A stretch of DNA of 63,841 nt, the filler included, from Octopus bimaculoides (taxonomy: Eukaryota): the NCBI RefSeq assembly GCF_001194135.2. It is 9 parts of 9 records of this genome, joined end to end, with 100 filler letters (N's around TTAATTAATTAA, not from the genome) between each part and the next. Parts side by side here need not be neighbours in the genome. Positions count along the whole stretch, not along the records: positions 19,108 to 34,396 come from NC_069006.1; positions 34,497 to 51,371 come from NC_068996.1; 7 more parts are not named here. One strand, given 5' to 3'. Numbering within the stretch: position 1 is the stretch's first letter; every line of letters begins with the position of its first letter. This document shows, piece by piece, positions 26,969 through 39,540 of this stretch. The notes under the pieces are model-generated. The model did not search any database, was not told where the DNA came from, and saw only the letters and a list, made by a program, of their open reading frames with translations. The translations under genes and the position numbers were made by a program.

Positions 26969-28396
26969 TAGGTATTTAAGAAATCCAGGCAAATATCTGT
27001 CAGCACTTACTACTACTACTTCTACTAGTGGAATATTTATTATTGATACTAATGGAGTCTATCAAATGCATTACCATTTTTCTGTTGAATTAAAGATTGT
27101 GCAATTAATTGTAGTTGGAACATGTATATTTATAACGAAGGTTTCGAAACACTTGTCTGGAGATGTTATCTGACTGGCATACTTTGAATAAAATGCCTGT
27201 GTGTGTGTGTATTTATAAATATATGTTTGTTGGTGTGTATATAAATATGTTTCTGTGTGTGTGTTGGCTGGCATTTGTGTTTATAAATGGGGAAAAGTAC
27301 TCACCACACGATGTAGAGTATGTCTGTTTCAGTAGAATCTGAAATACCTGGCATTGAAGCAATGAGTTTCATATTACTGTGAAGGGCCCAGGAACATGAA
27401 TTTGGATAGTTGATGGTTAAGGTGGTGAATGCCATACATGATAAATGTTTGATTTATTCTATTGAAGTTGCCTTTGCAAAATGGAAGAAAACAAAGATGC
27501 CAACAATAATTATTAATAATTCTGAGTGAGGAGGGAGGATGATTATAAAAAAAAAAAGAAAGAAAGATTAAAAAAGGATTATCAGGGTTGAATTGACCTG
27601 CTTTAGGGAGAAAACAAAACGACAATTTGATCTTTGTAGTAAAGATTGTTTGCCAACATAACATGGCAGTCCTGGTTTAGGATGAATGTTGCTGTAATTT
27701 AGCCCCAGGACTGCCATGTTATGTTGGCAAACAATCTTTACTACAAAGTACTGTTGCTGAATATCTCTCATTGTGAGATTTAAAAATAGTAATTTTCTAA
27801 TTTGATTTTTATTCCCCAAATTTTGGGCAATTTTACTACATTTCAGATCTGGATTTTTCTAATGTTAATTTAATCATGATTCTTAATATCTTCAATAACA
27901 TTTATTGTTAGGTTTTGCTTCCTTTCTCTGTCTATAGAGGAAATTTCAATGTATTGGCAATTTATTGTTTATGGCATTCAGCATATCACTCACCAACTTC
28001 GTTATCCAAATCCATTCCAAAGATCAAATTTGTTTTTTTATTCCCTAAGCATGTTAATTTAACCATGAAAAAAAAAAAAAAAAAAAANNNNNNNNNNNNN
28101 NNNNNNNNNNNNNNNNNNNNNNNNNNNNNNNNNNNNNNNNNNNNNNNNNNNNNNNNNNNNNNNNNNNNNNNNNNNNNNNNNNNNNNNNNNNNNNNNNNNN
28201 NNNNNNNNNNNNNNNNNNNNNNNNNNNNNNNNNNNNNNNNNNNNNNNNNNNNNNNNNNNNNNNNNNNNNNNNNNNNNNNNNNNNNNNNNNNNNNNNNNNN
28301 NNNNNNNNNNNNNNNNNNNNNNNNNNNNNNNNNNNNNNNNNNNNNNNNNNNNNNNNNNNNNNNNNNNNNNNNNNNNNNNNNNNNTAATATATATAT

Positions 28397-28786
28397 AATT
28401 AGAGAAAAAGGACAACAAAAACCAAGACACGATGAGTATCTCAAGTCATTTATAATAATTTAATTAGGGTAAGGTGAATTTGAAATCTTACAGCTGTTTC
28501 TGGGATATCCCAAGTGATAGGCTAGCATGTCCGTATGCTGGGTATTCCGCCATCAGAGAGAAGGTGAGTTTGTAAGAAAGTTCCAGACAGGGAAATTCAC
28601 AGATTATAAGGAATAAAATAGAAGAATAAAGATTAAAAATAGATAGAAGAATACAGACAGGAGAATAAAGTTCACAGTTCATCTTTTTCCAGAGAGTACG
28701 GACCAACCTCCATACCTAATTAAATTATTCTAAATGACTTGAGATGCTCTTTCTGCCTTGCTTTTTGTTGTCTTTTTTCCTCTAAT
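28397..28786. mobile_element. MITE with about 73-bp imperfect TIRs in TA context (Tc1/mariner-like)
   Basis: 28397-28469 (TTAGAGAAAAAGGACAACAAAAA...CTCAAGTCATTTATAATAATTTAATTAGG) matches the reverse complement of 28714-28786. Confidence 0.7.
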
Positions 28787-28862
28787 ATATACCTGCTAAC
28801 ATAGAAGCCTAATTCATCATGTGTGAGTATGTATGTACACACACACACACACACACACACAA

Positions 28863-29117
28863 AATTGCCACTAATTGTGACTGAGGGTGCTGGGTAGCAT
28901 CTATATTGCTAGAAATAAGAGTTAAAAACTCTTAGAGCTGCAGGAAAGCACATTTTCATGTACTGACACGGGAGATAACCACCCCATAAGCGAAACCAGA
29001 TCACTATACTAGACTTGTATATGAAAATGTGCTTTCTTGTGGCTCTAAAGGCTTTTAACTCTTATTTCTAGCAATGTAGGTGTTACCCAGTACCCTCAGT
29101 CACAATCAGTGACAATT
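28863..29117. repeat. Fold-back element with 101-bp arms
   Basis: Arms 28863-28963 and 29017-29117 align without gaps, 88/101 identical by hand; a short piece of the same family is seen near 4886-4915. Confidence 0.9.
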
Positions 29118-30888
29118 GAAATATAGCTGCCTTCATTATTTGAGATATATATATGTGTGTGTGTGTGTCCCACCCACACTTAAGAAAACTTCTCACACAC
29201 TCTACCACAACAAACCAAACTACATCTCTACATCCCTCCTCTTCCTCACATTTCCATTTCATGTACTATGATTACCTCCCACTCCCCAATCTTGTCCTCT
29301 TGGCCCGGTGCCACTGCATCATTGCTCTCTGCTTGCCTCCAGCCTGTGCGTTCTACCCACATGCCTTGTTTCACTCTATTATTGTCATCTGTTAGCCCCT
29401 GACCTGGATGTTCCACCCACATGTAACAAGTAAACTTTCCCCACACCCTACCCCAAGAAACCAATCTCCATCTCTTTCTCGCATTTCCTCCTTCATTCAC
29501 TTTGCCTAGCTCTCACTCCCCAATCCTGTCCTCATAGCCCTGTTCCTCTGTATCATTGCCACCCAGTAGCCCCTCCAACTCTATATATACCCAGGTCTTT
29601 AGCCACTTACTCGCACTCTTTAATTACACTCCCTTCGTAACATTCTGTCACTTATATTATGGCGTTCGAACCTCAAGGGTATGCCCTGGAACTTGCCACT
29701 ATCTATTTCTCTCTCTTGCTTTACTCTACCATCTCATTTATACTCTGTTCCCTGTTACTTGTGAGTATGCCTGGCATTTTGCCATCATCTTCATCCTGTG
29801 GTCTCCCACTCTTTCTCTCTCTCTCTCTCTCTCCTGCACTTCCCTCAGGTTGGGCAATCATGTATTTTCTTTGCGGTAGCACACCTGTTTCTGTCTTCAT
29901 TCCTGATCTTTCTCTCCCTGGCTGGGTAACCTTGTACTTCCTCTACAGCAAGACATCTCTGTCTCACTATAACCTTTTCATCCTCACCTCCTCCAATGCC
30001 TCCTCCCCTCTTAAAAGTTTTTTTTTGCCTTGCTAGGACTTGGTGACCCTGTCAGTGCAGGTGCCACTTAAAAAGCACCCAGTCCACATTGTAAAGTGGT
30101 TGGTGTTTGGAAGGGTATCCAGCTGTAAAAACCTTGCCAAAACTGACCTTGCCTATGCTAGTGCCATGTAAAAAACACTAAGTCCACTCTGCTGGGTGGT
30201 TGGTATTAGGAAGGGCAAAAAAAATCCTGCCAAAACAGTCACACAAGTCTGGTGTAGGCTTAGGCCTGGCTGGCTGTTGTGGTACTGTCCCACCCATGCT
30301 AGCATGGAAGATGGACGTTAAATGATAATGATGATGATGATATATATACACATACATAAATGTTTATGTATGTGTGTATGACTTTATTAGTGACACATGT
30401 ACGCATTAATGAAAGAGTGACTAGAGACCACCTCGTTAATTCTGGACTATGTTAATGGTCAGGTCACATGACTTCCACCTACACACATATATATACGGTG
30501 TGTAGGAATGAATATTTCACAGCTGTTGGTGGCCGTAGAAATACATAATTACTGATTGTTTCATTAGTAGAATAGATCCAACTGGTTGGAGTCTAGATTA
30601 ATGAAGAATGAACCCTACCCAGTCAATGACCTCTCCCATACATAACTCGTTAACAAAGAAATCAGTGTTGACCAAATGACCCCAGCTTCTTACGTACTTT
30701 CTATGTGTGTTCTCTCTTCCTCACTGGAATTTTACTGTTTGTTTTCTCAGGCCACATCCTTGAGAACAAAATCTGCAAAGAAAAGGGGCTTGTTCTTTTC
30801 AGTCAGCACTGTATATGGGTGTGTGTGTGTGTGTATGTATATATTTATGAATGTATGTGTTGACGAATGTGTGTATACATGTGTGCAC

Positions 30889-30933
<45 letters not shown>

Positions 30934-30938
30934 CACAC

Positions 30939-30973
<35 letters not shown>

Positions 30974-31574
30974 TATAATATATGTGTGTGTGTGTGTGTG
31001 TATATATATATACCTGCACACACACACATGTGTATATAATATATATATAGGCGTAGGTGTGGCTGTGTGTGGTAAGAAGCTTACTTCCCAACCACATGGT
31101 TCCAGGTTCAGTCCCGCTGCGTGACACCTTGTGTAAGTGTCTTCTACTATATATAGCCTCAGGCTGAACAAAGCCTTGTGAGTGGATTTGGGAGACGGAA
31201 ACTGAAAGAAGCTCGTTGAATATATGTATATATATATTTGCCATGATAGATCGCTAGCCACTACACATTATTTTTTTCTCTCCTTGTTTCTTTCTGTGTT
31301 CCTTTCTGTGGAAGAGTGTAGGCTCGAAACATTAGACTTTTTCACTTCCCAAGCATTATACTAATACATCTGTTTTTTGTCTACACTACCTGTCTTCGTC
31401 TTTTGTTTTTTTCTGTGAATTCTCCCTATATATATATATGTATATATATATATGAAAAGTGTAGACTTGAAACAAAAAAACTTTTTCATTTTTCTCAAGC
31501 ATCAAACTTTTTCTATAAATTTCAACTATATGTATATATATAAGGAAATCCTCTTAGCCCCTTGTGGAGCATAG

Positions 31575-31850
31575 GGCCAGTTTCCCGGTTTCCATGGCAT
31601 ATGTGTTCCGCCCTAGTTGGACGGGATGCCAGTCCATCGTAACTTTTTACTCAAGAAACAGGAAGAAAGAGTGAGAGAAAGTTGGGGCGAAAGAGTACAA
31701 CAGGGGTTGCCACCACCCCCTGCCGGAGCCTCGTGGAGCTTTTAGGTGTTTTCGCTCAATAAACACACACAACGCCCAGTCTGGGAATCGAAACTGCGAT
31801 CCTACGACTGCGAGTCCACTGCCCTAACCACTGGGCCATTGCACCTCCAC
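31575..31850 (-). mobile_element. tRNA-derived SINE, second family (sister copy at 43565-43865 +)
   Basis: Shared TGGCC.AGTGGTTAG.GCAG...CGCAGTCG.AGG.T.GC.GTT.GA.T.CCAGACTGGGCG head and CTAA..AGCTCCAC core. Confidence 0.8.
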
Positions 31851-32071
31851 ACACACATATATTTGTGTCTCTGTGTCTTTATGTCTGTGTTTGTCCCTGC
31901 CCTCCATCACATGACAACTGATGTTGTGCTTTGACTAAAGATCCTTTAAGGTGGTGCTCCAGCATGGCCGCAGTCAAAATGACAAACAAATAAAGGAATA
32001 AAAGAATGTGTGTGTGTGTGTGTGTATGAATATATATGTGAATGAATGTGTGTATGCATGTGTGTGTATGC

Positions 32072-32102
<31 letters not shown>

Positions 32103-32559
32103 CATGTGTATATTTGTATGAATGTCTATGTGTGTGTGATTATTTATATGTATATTTGTGTATGGATGTGTGTGAGTATATATGTTTGTGTATGGATGTG
32201 TGTGAGTATATATGTTTGTGTATGGATGTGTGTGTATACATATTTATGTCGTGTATGTGTGTATATTTTCCTTTTCCGTTTGGAGTTTTAAAGTTTATTT
32301 TAACTGCCCCTCCCCTCTGACTTGCAGCCATTCAGTGTCAAGAATGGAAAGAAAAGATTTTCTTTTTAAAAGAAATTGTGGTGTTTCGTATCTTCTTTTC
32401 ATTGCCATCATTTCTACAACAATTCATGCTTTAAATATCAAAAATGTCTCAAACATTTTTTCTGTCCAAAATATTGTGATCCTCTGCAACATATAAATTA
32501 CAGAACTGCATTCTTTATGCCAAAGACTCTCCTATTTTTCCTGAGCATCAAACTAACAT

Positions 32560-32800
32560 ACCTTGTTTGTTGTTCCCTCAAATATTGGTTCATATGAAAT
32601 AACATCTTCCAGCAGTATTCCTAGAATTTTAACTAACTGTAATACTTTGATAATCCACTCATTTGCTATACTGTCAAAGACTTTCTCTTATTCCAGCCAT
32701 ACCACATCTCACTTCCTGTGGTTCTTTTACTCTTTCCTTGATTGGTAGCTTCTCAATACAGTTCCATACTTCCTTCTCTACTTCCCCCAACACTTATATC
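32560..32800 (-). mobile_element. R4/Dong-like LINE RT remnant
   Basis: Minus-strand KVFDSIANEWIIKVLQLVKI resembles the KAFDSVPH.WI..VL..YK RT motif of REL-clade LINEs. Confidence 0.55.
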
Positions 32801-34496
32801 AGGGACAAATACATCAGCATTTAATGTCCATCTTCCATGCTGGTATGGGTTGGACAGTTTGACAGGAACCAGTGAACCAGAACACTGCACTGAGCTCAAC
32901 TCTCTGTTTTGGCATAGTTTCTGGGGCTGGATGCCCTTCCTAACCCATTAACTGTCAAATTCTTTTATTCATACTTTTTGGCTTTGCCAGGTGACTTAGG
33001 AGTTAAAATAATATATAGTATTTAAATTTTCTTCACATATGAATTATTTTGGAAATTATGATAAATTTTTCAGGAAGTCCCAAATGGGAATTGCTGAAAA
33101 AAAAAAAGCATATTTATCCTTTTCTAGTCAATTCCAATAATAAACATTTTAGCTTTTTTTAAAACTATAGTATCAAATGCGAATGTGTATGAAATATCAA
33201 TGAATGATATAGATGGGAAATGCAAAAAAAAACCCCAAAAAGCAGTCAATATTTTTGTAGTTCAATATTTTTGTAGACATAAAATGTCCTCTAGAATTAA
33301 CCAGAGCTAATAATGATGAACTTTAACTACTAAATATTGTTAAACTCACCTCTGCAAATTCAATGTAGATAAGCAATTCACTTTAAATACAACGAACAAC
33401 CGGCAGTGGGACTGTTTTTAGTAGGTCCCCAAATGGAGCTCATGGCAGGCAATGGGTTAATGCCAAACCACTTTACAGAGTGGACCGGGTGCCTTTTATG
33501 AGGCACCAACACCAGTGAGGTTGCAAAGTTGCTTGCAATCTTAAGGAGGGGAGTAGTATTGAGGGAAGCGGCTTTGTGTCAGTTGGTGAGAGGTTAAAAA
33601 GTGTAATAGACGGATCATGATTGGTGTCTTGATGTAGAGGAGCTACATGGTGACAATCAACGAGAAAACACCAGTTGTTGTCAGTGTTCCACTTTACAAA
33701 GCCACGTTACTTGTATAAAGTGTGTGTGTGTGTGTGTCATTGATTATCAGTTGAGACCCTGGTGGTAGTGGAGTCTCATTGGTTGTTGTTCAACTGTGAC
33801 TGACCAAATCTGTTTCATTCCAGCCATTCCAAACGTCTAAATATAACAGATGTATAATTCACACACTGATGATTGTGCAGCACCTTATGAAACCCTATGT
33901 ATATGTAGGACTGCATTATTGTGTATGCCCTTCTTTTTGAAAACAATAAGGTACAGTTGATGAAAATGTTGCTACTATTTCTAGCAGCTTGGGTGACCAT
34001 ATAGTGTCTACTTTATCATCTCAAGGTGACTCTGTAGTGGTGGGCAACAGTTGTAGATATGTTAACATCCAATACTCAACTCTCATTTCACATTCATTGC
34101 CTGTTTTTCATCTCACATTATCTCTCTTTTCTATCATATTCTTTCTTTCATTCACTTCGCTTCTTTCTCTTCTCACTCATTCACAAATTATCAGTCTTGA
34201 CTATATCTTTGGTGGCGGGCGTGGGGGGGTGTATAACACACACACATGAATATATATATATATATATATGCACTGTATAGTTGTGTGTGTGTATACACAC
34301 ACACATTTATATACTCATATATATATATATATATATATATATGAAAGAAGGTTTGAAAATGCACTTATTTTTTTAAATATTTTATTTACTTAACCGNNNN
34401 NNNNNNNNNNNNNNNNNNNNNNNNNNNNNNNNNNNNNNNNTTAATTAATTAANNNNNNNNNNNNNNNNNNNNNNNNNNNNNNNNNNNNNNNNNNNN

Positions 34497-35083
34497 TTGT
34501 AAAACTCAGCCTCCTTATTGAAAATATTTTCGTTTGTAGAAAGATTGGATAGTCTAAGTGAAATGTTCTTAACTAAATTTCTTGTTACCGAATTTGGATG
34601 ATTGTTGATGTATTTTAGGTTAGTGGAGGGTTTGTGATAAGGGAAGAATGTTTTAGTGTGTAGGTCTAGAGTGACATCCAAGAAGTTAGCTATAGATGTT
34701 TCATCTCCAAATACTATACTAAAGCCCATTCTACTGAAAAACCTAGCTAGTCTATTTTTAACTTTTTGTATTTTTTGGTTTGTGGTGTTCTCTAAATAGA
34801 GTAAACAATCGTCTCTGTATAGACCACCCTTAACATTTGGGAATTGGTCTTCTAATTCATATAGAATATATGTGCAGACTAAATCAGCTATTTGTGCTGA
34901 ATCGGAACTTCCCATGAATTACGTTATAACTTTATCCAACTATAGTTCTCATATTCGGTCATAATGTCTTACGTTTAAGATGGTTCCCATACATTTCCCT
35001 ATGGATCGCATAAATTGTAATTCTTCGAAACATATGTCGGAATAAAGTATGCAGTTATAACATGCGTTCACTCCATTCCTTAA

Positions 35084-35088
<5 letters not shown>
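34497..35088 (-). mobile_element. 5'-truncated Penelope-like RT (Naiad/Chlamys-like) with inverted terminal segment at 34920-35088
   Basis: Uninterrupted MGSSDSAQIADLVCTYIL...GGLYRDDCLLYL...NFLDVTLDL...YHKP..NLKYINNHPNSV; the flank carries GAAACATATGTC plus AATAAA on the + strand. Confidence 0.85.
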
Positions 35089-35133
<45 letters not shown>

Positions 35134-35180
35134 AATGTATATATCGTCATCGTCGTTTAACATCCGCTTTCCATGCTAGC

Positions 35181-35212
<32 letters not shown>

Positions 35213-35264
35213 GTATGATATATGTATATATATATACATAATATATGTATATATATATACATAA

Positions 35265-35299
<35 letters not shown>

Positions 35300-35308
<9 letters not shown>

Positions 35309-36130
35309 GTATATATATGTATATACATGTATTTATATGTATGTATGTGTGGATGTGTGTTGCATTTATCAGGGATTCTGTGTGTGTCCATGTGTGTTGG
35401 GTTTATCTGGGTGGTGTGTATGTGTGTGCATGTTGGTACTGAATATGCGTTTGTGTGTGTGTGTATGATTTGTGTAGTTTTCCAGGTGTGTGTGTGCTCT
35501 ATTTGTGAGTGATTTGTTTTGTTTGCATTGTTAGTTAGTGCAGTGTGTGTGTATACATGTGAAAGTGTTTGTGTGAGTGCGTCTATGTGTCTTCTATTTG
35601 TTGGGGAGGTGTGCCATTGTGTGTGCATGCTTGTGTGTATGTCTGTGTGTTTGTGAGTGTTGTGTTTGTTGGGATTGTATTGTGTGTATATGTGTGTGTT
35701 TTTTCCTTTTGAGTGTGTGTGTGTGATTTTTTACTGGGGAATGGGCATATTGTGTTTGTGTGTATGTGTATGTACACGTGTGCATATATGCGTGTGTGTG
35801 AGTTGTGTTGTATTTGCGTTTTTGTGTGGGTGTGTTTGTGTGAATGTGATTTGTGATTGTCAGGGTGGTGTATGTAGGTGTGTGCATGTACATGTTTACA
35901 TATGTGTGTTGGTTAGGGTTGCTAAAATCGTAGTGCAATTGTATGTGTACGTATTTTTTCTTGGAATGTGTGTGGGTTTGTGCTCTAGTGTGGGGATATT
36001 GTGTTTGTGCATGTGTGTTTTTGTATGTATGTGTGTGTGTTTGCGTGGGGGTGCATTGTATTTGTGTGTGTGTATGTGTTTGTGGGTGTGTACCTGGGGG
36101 AGGTATGTTAGAGTATGTTGTTGTGGTCTG
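35300..36130. repeat. Long degenerate (GT)-rich tract
   Basis: Direct reading; about 0.8 kb of interrupted TG repeats. Confidence 0.9.
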
Positions 36131-36172
36131 TATTTTTGAATAAGATTATTTTCCCTATTTATTCGTGTTTGG

Positions 36173-36960
36173 TCAGTGGTGTTGTCTGGGCATTGGTATA
36201 GTGGGAAAACTAGGATTTTGGGGGACTTGTTTTATGCACAGAGATCTAAGTGGTATCTTTCTTGTGGTGGGATCACTCAATTGTTGGCGGTGGACTGTCA
36301 TCCTTTCTCTGAGGGTAAGGCTCATTTGCCCTAAGTAATCTTTGTGGCATCCTTCACACTGTATGGCATAAAGTAAATTCTTTGATGCACAGGTGAAGTT
36401 ATTTTTTACGACAAAAGTATGTCCCAACTGGAATTTGTATATTGTTCCTTCAATGCAAGTCCTGCAGTTGGAACGACCACATTTTTTGACAGTGGGTGGT
36501 GAGCTTATGTTGGGTAATTTTGCATTGGTGAGTGGGTTAGGGATTTGGGTTGTCTTTTGCCTTTTATTATTTTATGGGTTTCGAGTGCTTTTTTTTAGAT
36601 GTGGGTCTTGACTCAGTAGTGGGATGTTCTTGTATATAATTGTGTAAGCTTCTGCATTTCTTGGATTGTGTGTTGAGAGATATGGGAGACTATTTAATGT
36701 ACTGTGAGAGTGTTTCGGTATTCGTAAGTCTTGGGTCGCAATTGTCTTGGCCCGTTCTATTCCATTGTCAACTAATGATGTTGGGTAATGTCTTTTGAGA
36801 AGAACTGCCTTTAGTGTTTGGAGTCTTTTATTTCATGTTCTATAATTTGAGACAATTGTACAGATTCTTCTCGCTAGGTTGAAGGGGATGTTGTAGCATG
36901 GAAATCTAAATTTTGCTTATGGAGACAGCAGCTGAGTATCGCCTGAGGAGATATATATAG
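36173..36960 (-). mobile_element. Penelope-like element: RT thumb, Cys linker and GIY-YIG endonuclease
   Basis: YNIPFNLARRICTIVS...LLKRHYP...LPYLSTHNP...CGRSNCRTC...FVVKNNFTCASKNLLYAIQCEGCHKDYLGQ...LRERMTVHR. Confidence 0.85.
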
Positions 36961-37258
36961 ATCTTCTTATACAAGTAAATCGTTAAATAATTTGATTTAA
37001 ACTTAACTTTAAATCCTGTATATACGAGGATCTGTATGTATCGAAACATTTCTAGTGATTAAAAAGCTGCCTAACTGTACTTACTCTTCTTTTTGACTCT
37101 TACTTTTTACTTTCAAACACAAGGAATACCTAAGAGTAGAATTGGTAGTATACCATAAGAATACTACCGACTATTTGGGAATTCTAAGTGTGAACGAGCT
37201 CTATTTGTACTCTTATATGTTCTAACAGAACACATCTCAACTATATATGTTATATATG

Positions 37259-38256
37259 TGTAACAATCGTGCGACCAGGAAATGGTGACGAAGGAATGGC
37301 TCCTTTAACGCATCGCACGGTCAGCACAAATATAAAAACAAAAAGATGGAATGAGGTTAAAATGAGTTAAGTACCAACAAGGAAAAGAGAGACTCAACCG
37401 GTAAAAATGTATAAAAGTAAGGTTTTATTGGTTGTCAACTAGAATGTCTGTGTGTGTGTGAATGTGACATAATAAAACACAATATAAGACAGGCCGGTGT
37501 GTTAACAAAGTGTGTGTGTATACAAATATGTGTATGTGAATGCAAGAGATACAGAGCATAGAAAATGGACGTTAGAAGAAAGTTCAGACACAAGGATGAG
37601 AAATACCAGTTCGTAGCAAAGGTACACAGTAGTTGAAGTGCTGTACCAAGAGGTTGTGGCGTTGAAGACAGAGCCAAAGTAAGACACATGTCGTGTAAGA
37701 AGTTGAGGCTTCAATGCTCTGGCTGGTTACTTGGTACAGAAGTTCTCACAGGTTGAATTCTGTTAACCTTGGTGGAGATATTTCACAAACAGTATTGAGT
37801 GAACCTGTGTGGGCGCTGTTGGTGGTGTGTATTAGAGAAGTCGGTGTAGACGCTGGCGACAAAGAAGCTTGTAGTAAACAGTTAGTTGAACGAAGTGTTG
37901 GATCTCCAATGAATCGGAGTCATGTCGTCGCTGGAACTGGCTGGTGCTCTGTGGTCTGCGGTTAGACCTCAGAAGGTCTAAAGCCAAGACTAACTTTAGC
38001 GCAGACAAGCTAGCTATTTATGAGAAATAATCGGCTCAAACAGGGGTTCAGAAAACTGTCGAACGTGACCTTATCTGAAGGCAGCGATTGGTTGGGTTGC
38101 ACTCTGGCATGAGATAGAATAAGAGGGAAAAATACACCAATACCAACCAATCAGAGTGGTGGACATAAGGTCCAAAGAAGCGGCCGAAGGCTAACTGTTA
38201 TCTGCTATGTCCGCATTCATGTGTATATAATAGAGAGAGAGAGCAGCTTCGCTACA
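37259..38256 (-). mobile_element. Solo LTR (998 bp, TG...CA termini, 4-bp TSD)
   Basis: Ends TGTAAC / GCTACA; TATG duplicated at 37255-37258 and 38257-38260; on the minus strand CCAAT (38087-38091), a TATA-like box (38015-38022) and AATAAA (37424-37429) lie in LTR order. Confidence 0.7.
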
Positions 38257-39179
38257 TATGTATGTATATATATGTTATATATGTATATATATACATAAAA
38301 TGATAAAAAAATGATGAGGATAGATGAGGGTATATTAGTTTGATGATCAGAGAAAATGGAAGAAAAATTCACATTTGAGGTTACACTCTTCTACAGAAAG
38401 AAACTAGAAAAGCACTCGGAGAACGCAGACCTCCACCAAACCAGCAGAAACAGCACTACGATGTCAACCACTACCACCATATCACAATCACCACCTCAAC
38501 CACCAACATCATCAGCAGCATTGTCATTGCTTCCACTTCAACCACATACACCGTGATCAACATTATCGTGACGGTTACATTGACAGTCACTTTAACCACT
38601 ACAATACCACCATCACACAACTAACACTATCAACACCACTATTACCACCATCACCTCAGCATCACAGATCACACTGCTCCTGTCGCCATTATAACCACTG
38701 ATACTATTTTATCCCCCTCCCATACTTATCTTGACCATCATCATCATCAACACTGTCTCTGCTTTCACCACAATCACCGTCAAAACTACAATCACCACAT
38801 TCAGTTTCTTTACACAGTTGAAAATCCATTATCCGATACTAATGGGACCGAGATTGTTGCAGATTTTTTATTTTTCTAATTTCGGATTGCTTTATTAAAA
38901 AAAAAAAAATTGCATCTACAAAATAGAACAGGTCTAAACACAATAGCTTATAGACATACTCTAAATGTAGTTCTATACAAAACTTTAATAAATTTTTTTA
39001 TACTTAAGATCATCAGAAATGTTAAGATATCAACCTCTACCCACATTGTCATGCTTTGATTAAAAGGTTACAGATTAGATTAGATTACTTAGATAAGTTT
39101 TGGCCGAAGTTGACTCAGGCCATGTCTAATTTAATAGCACCACCTGGAAGAGATACACAGTCAGCTCTGGGGAACCGTA

Positions 39180-39540
39180 GCCCATTCAAGCAGAGGGTTA
39201 TTGTTTTCAGAGACATATCTGGGTATGGGTGGTTTATCTAGTATTTGTTGGGAGTAATCATCTAGGGATTGTTTGAATGCCGTGAAGTCACTTTCCTCCT
39301 TTATGTGTGTCTGGCACGATGTTGAAGAGAGCAGGGCCAATTGAGGTGAAATAGTTCTGTCATAGTGTTGTGATACGACACAAACATTTCTGTAGTGGAC
39401 GGATGGTACAGGGGCCAAGCCTCGGACGAATTTTAATGATGGGCAATGTTGATGGAATATTTTCCACATCATACAGATGATATAGAGCTCACAACAGCAG
39501 TGGAGAGAGCAAAGCTTGAGCTTTTTGAGTTGACTTAGAG
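39180..39540 (-). mobile_element. CR1-clade LINE 3' remnant
   Basis: FTAFKQSLDDYSQQILDKPPIPRYVSENNNPL resembles the C-terminal tail of the CR1 copy at 50075-50336. Confidence 0.65.
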
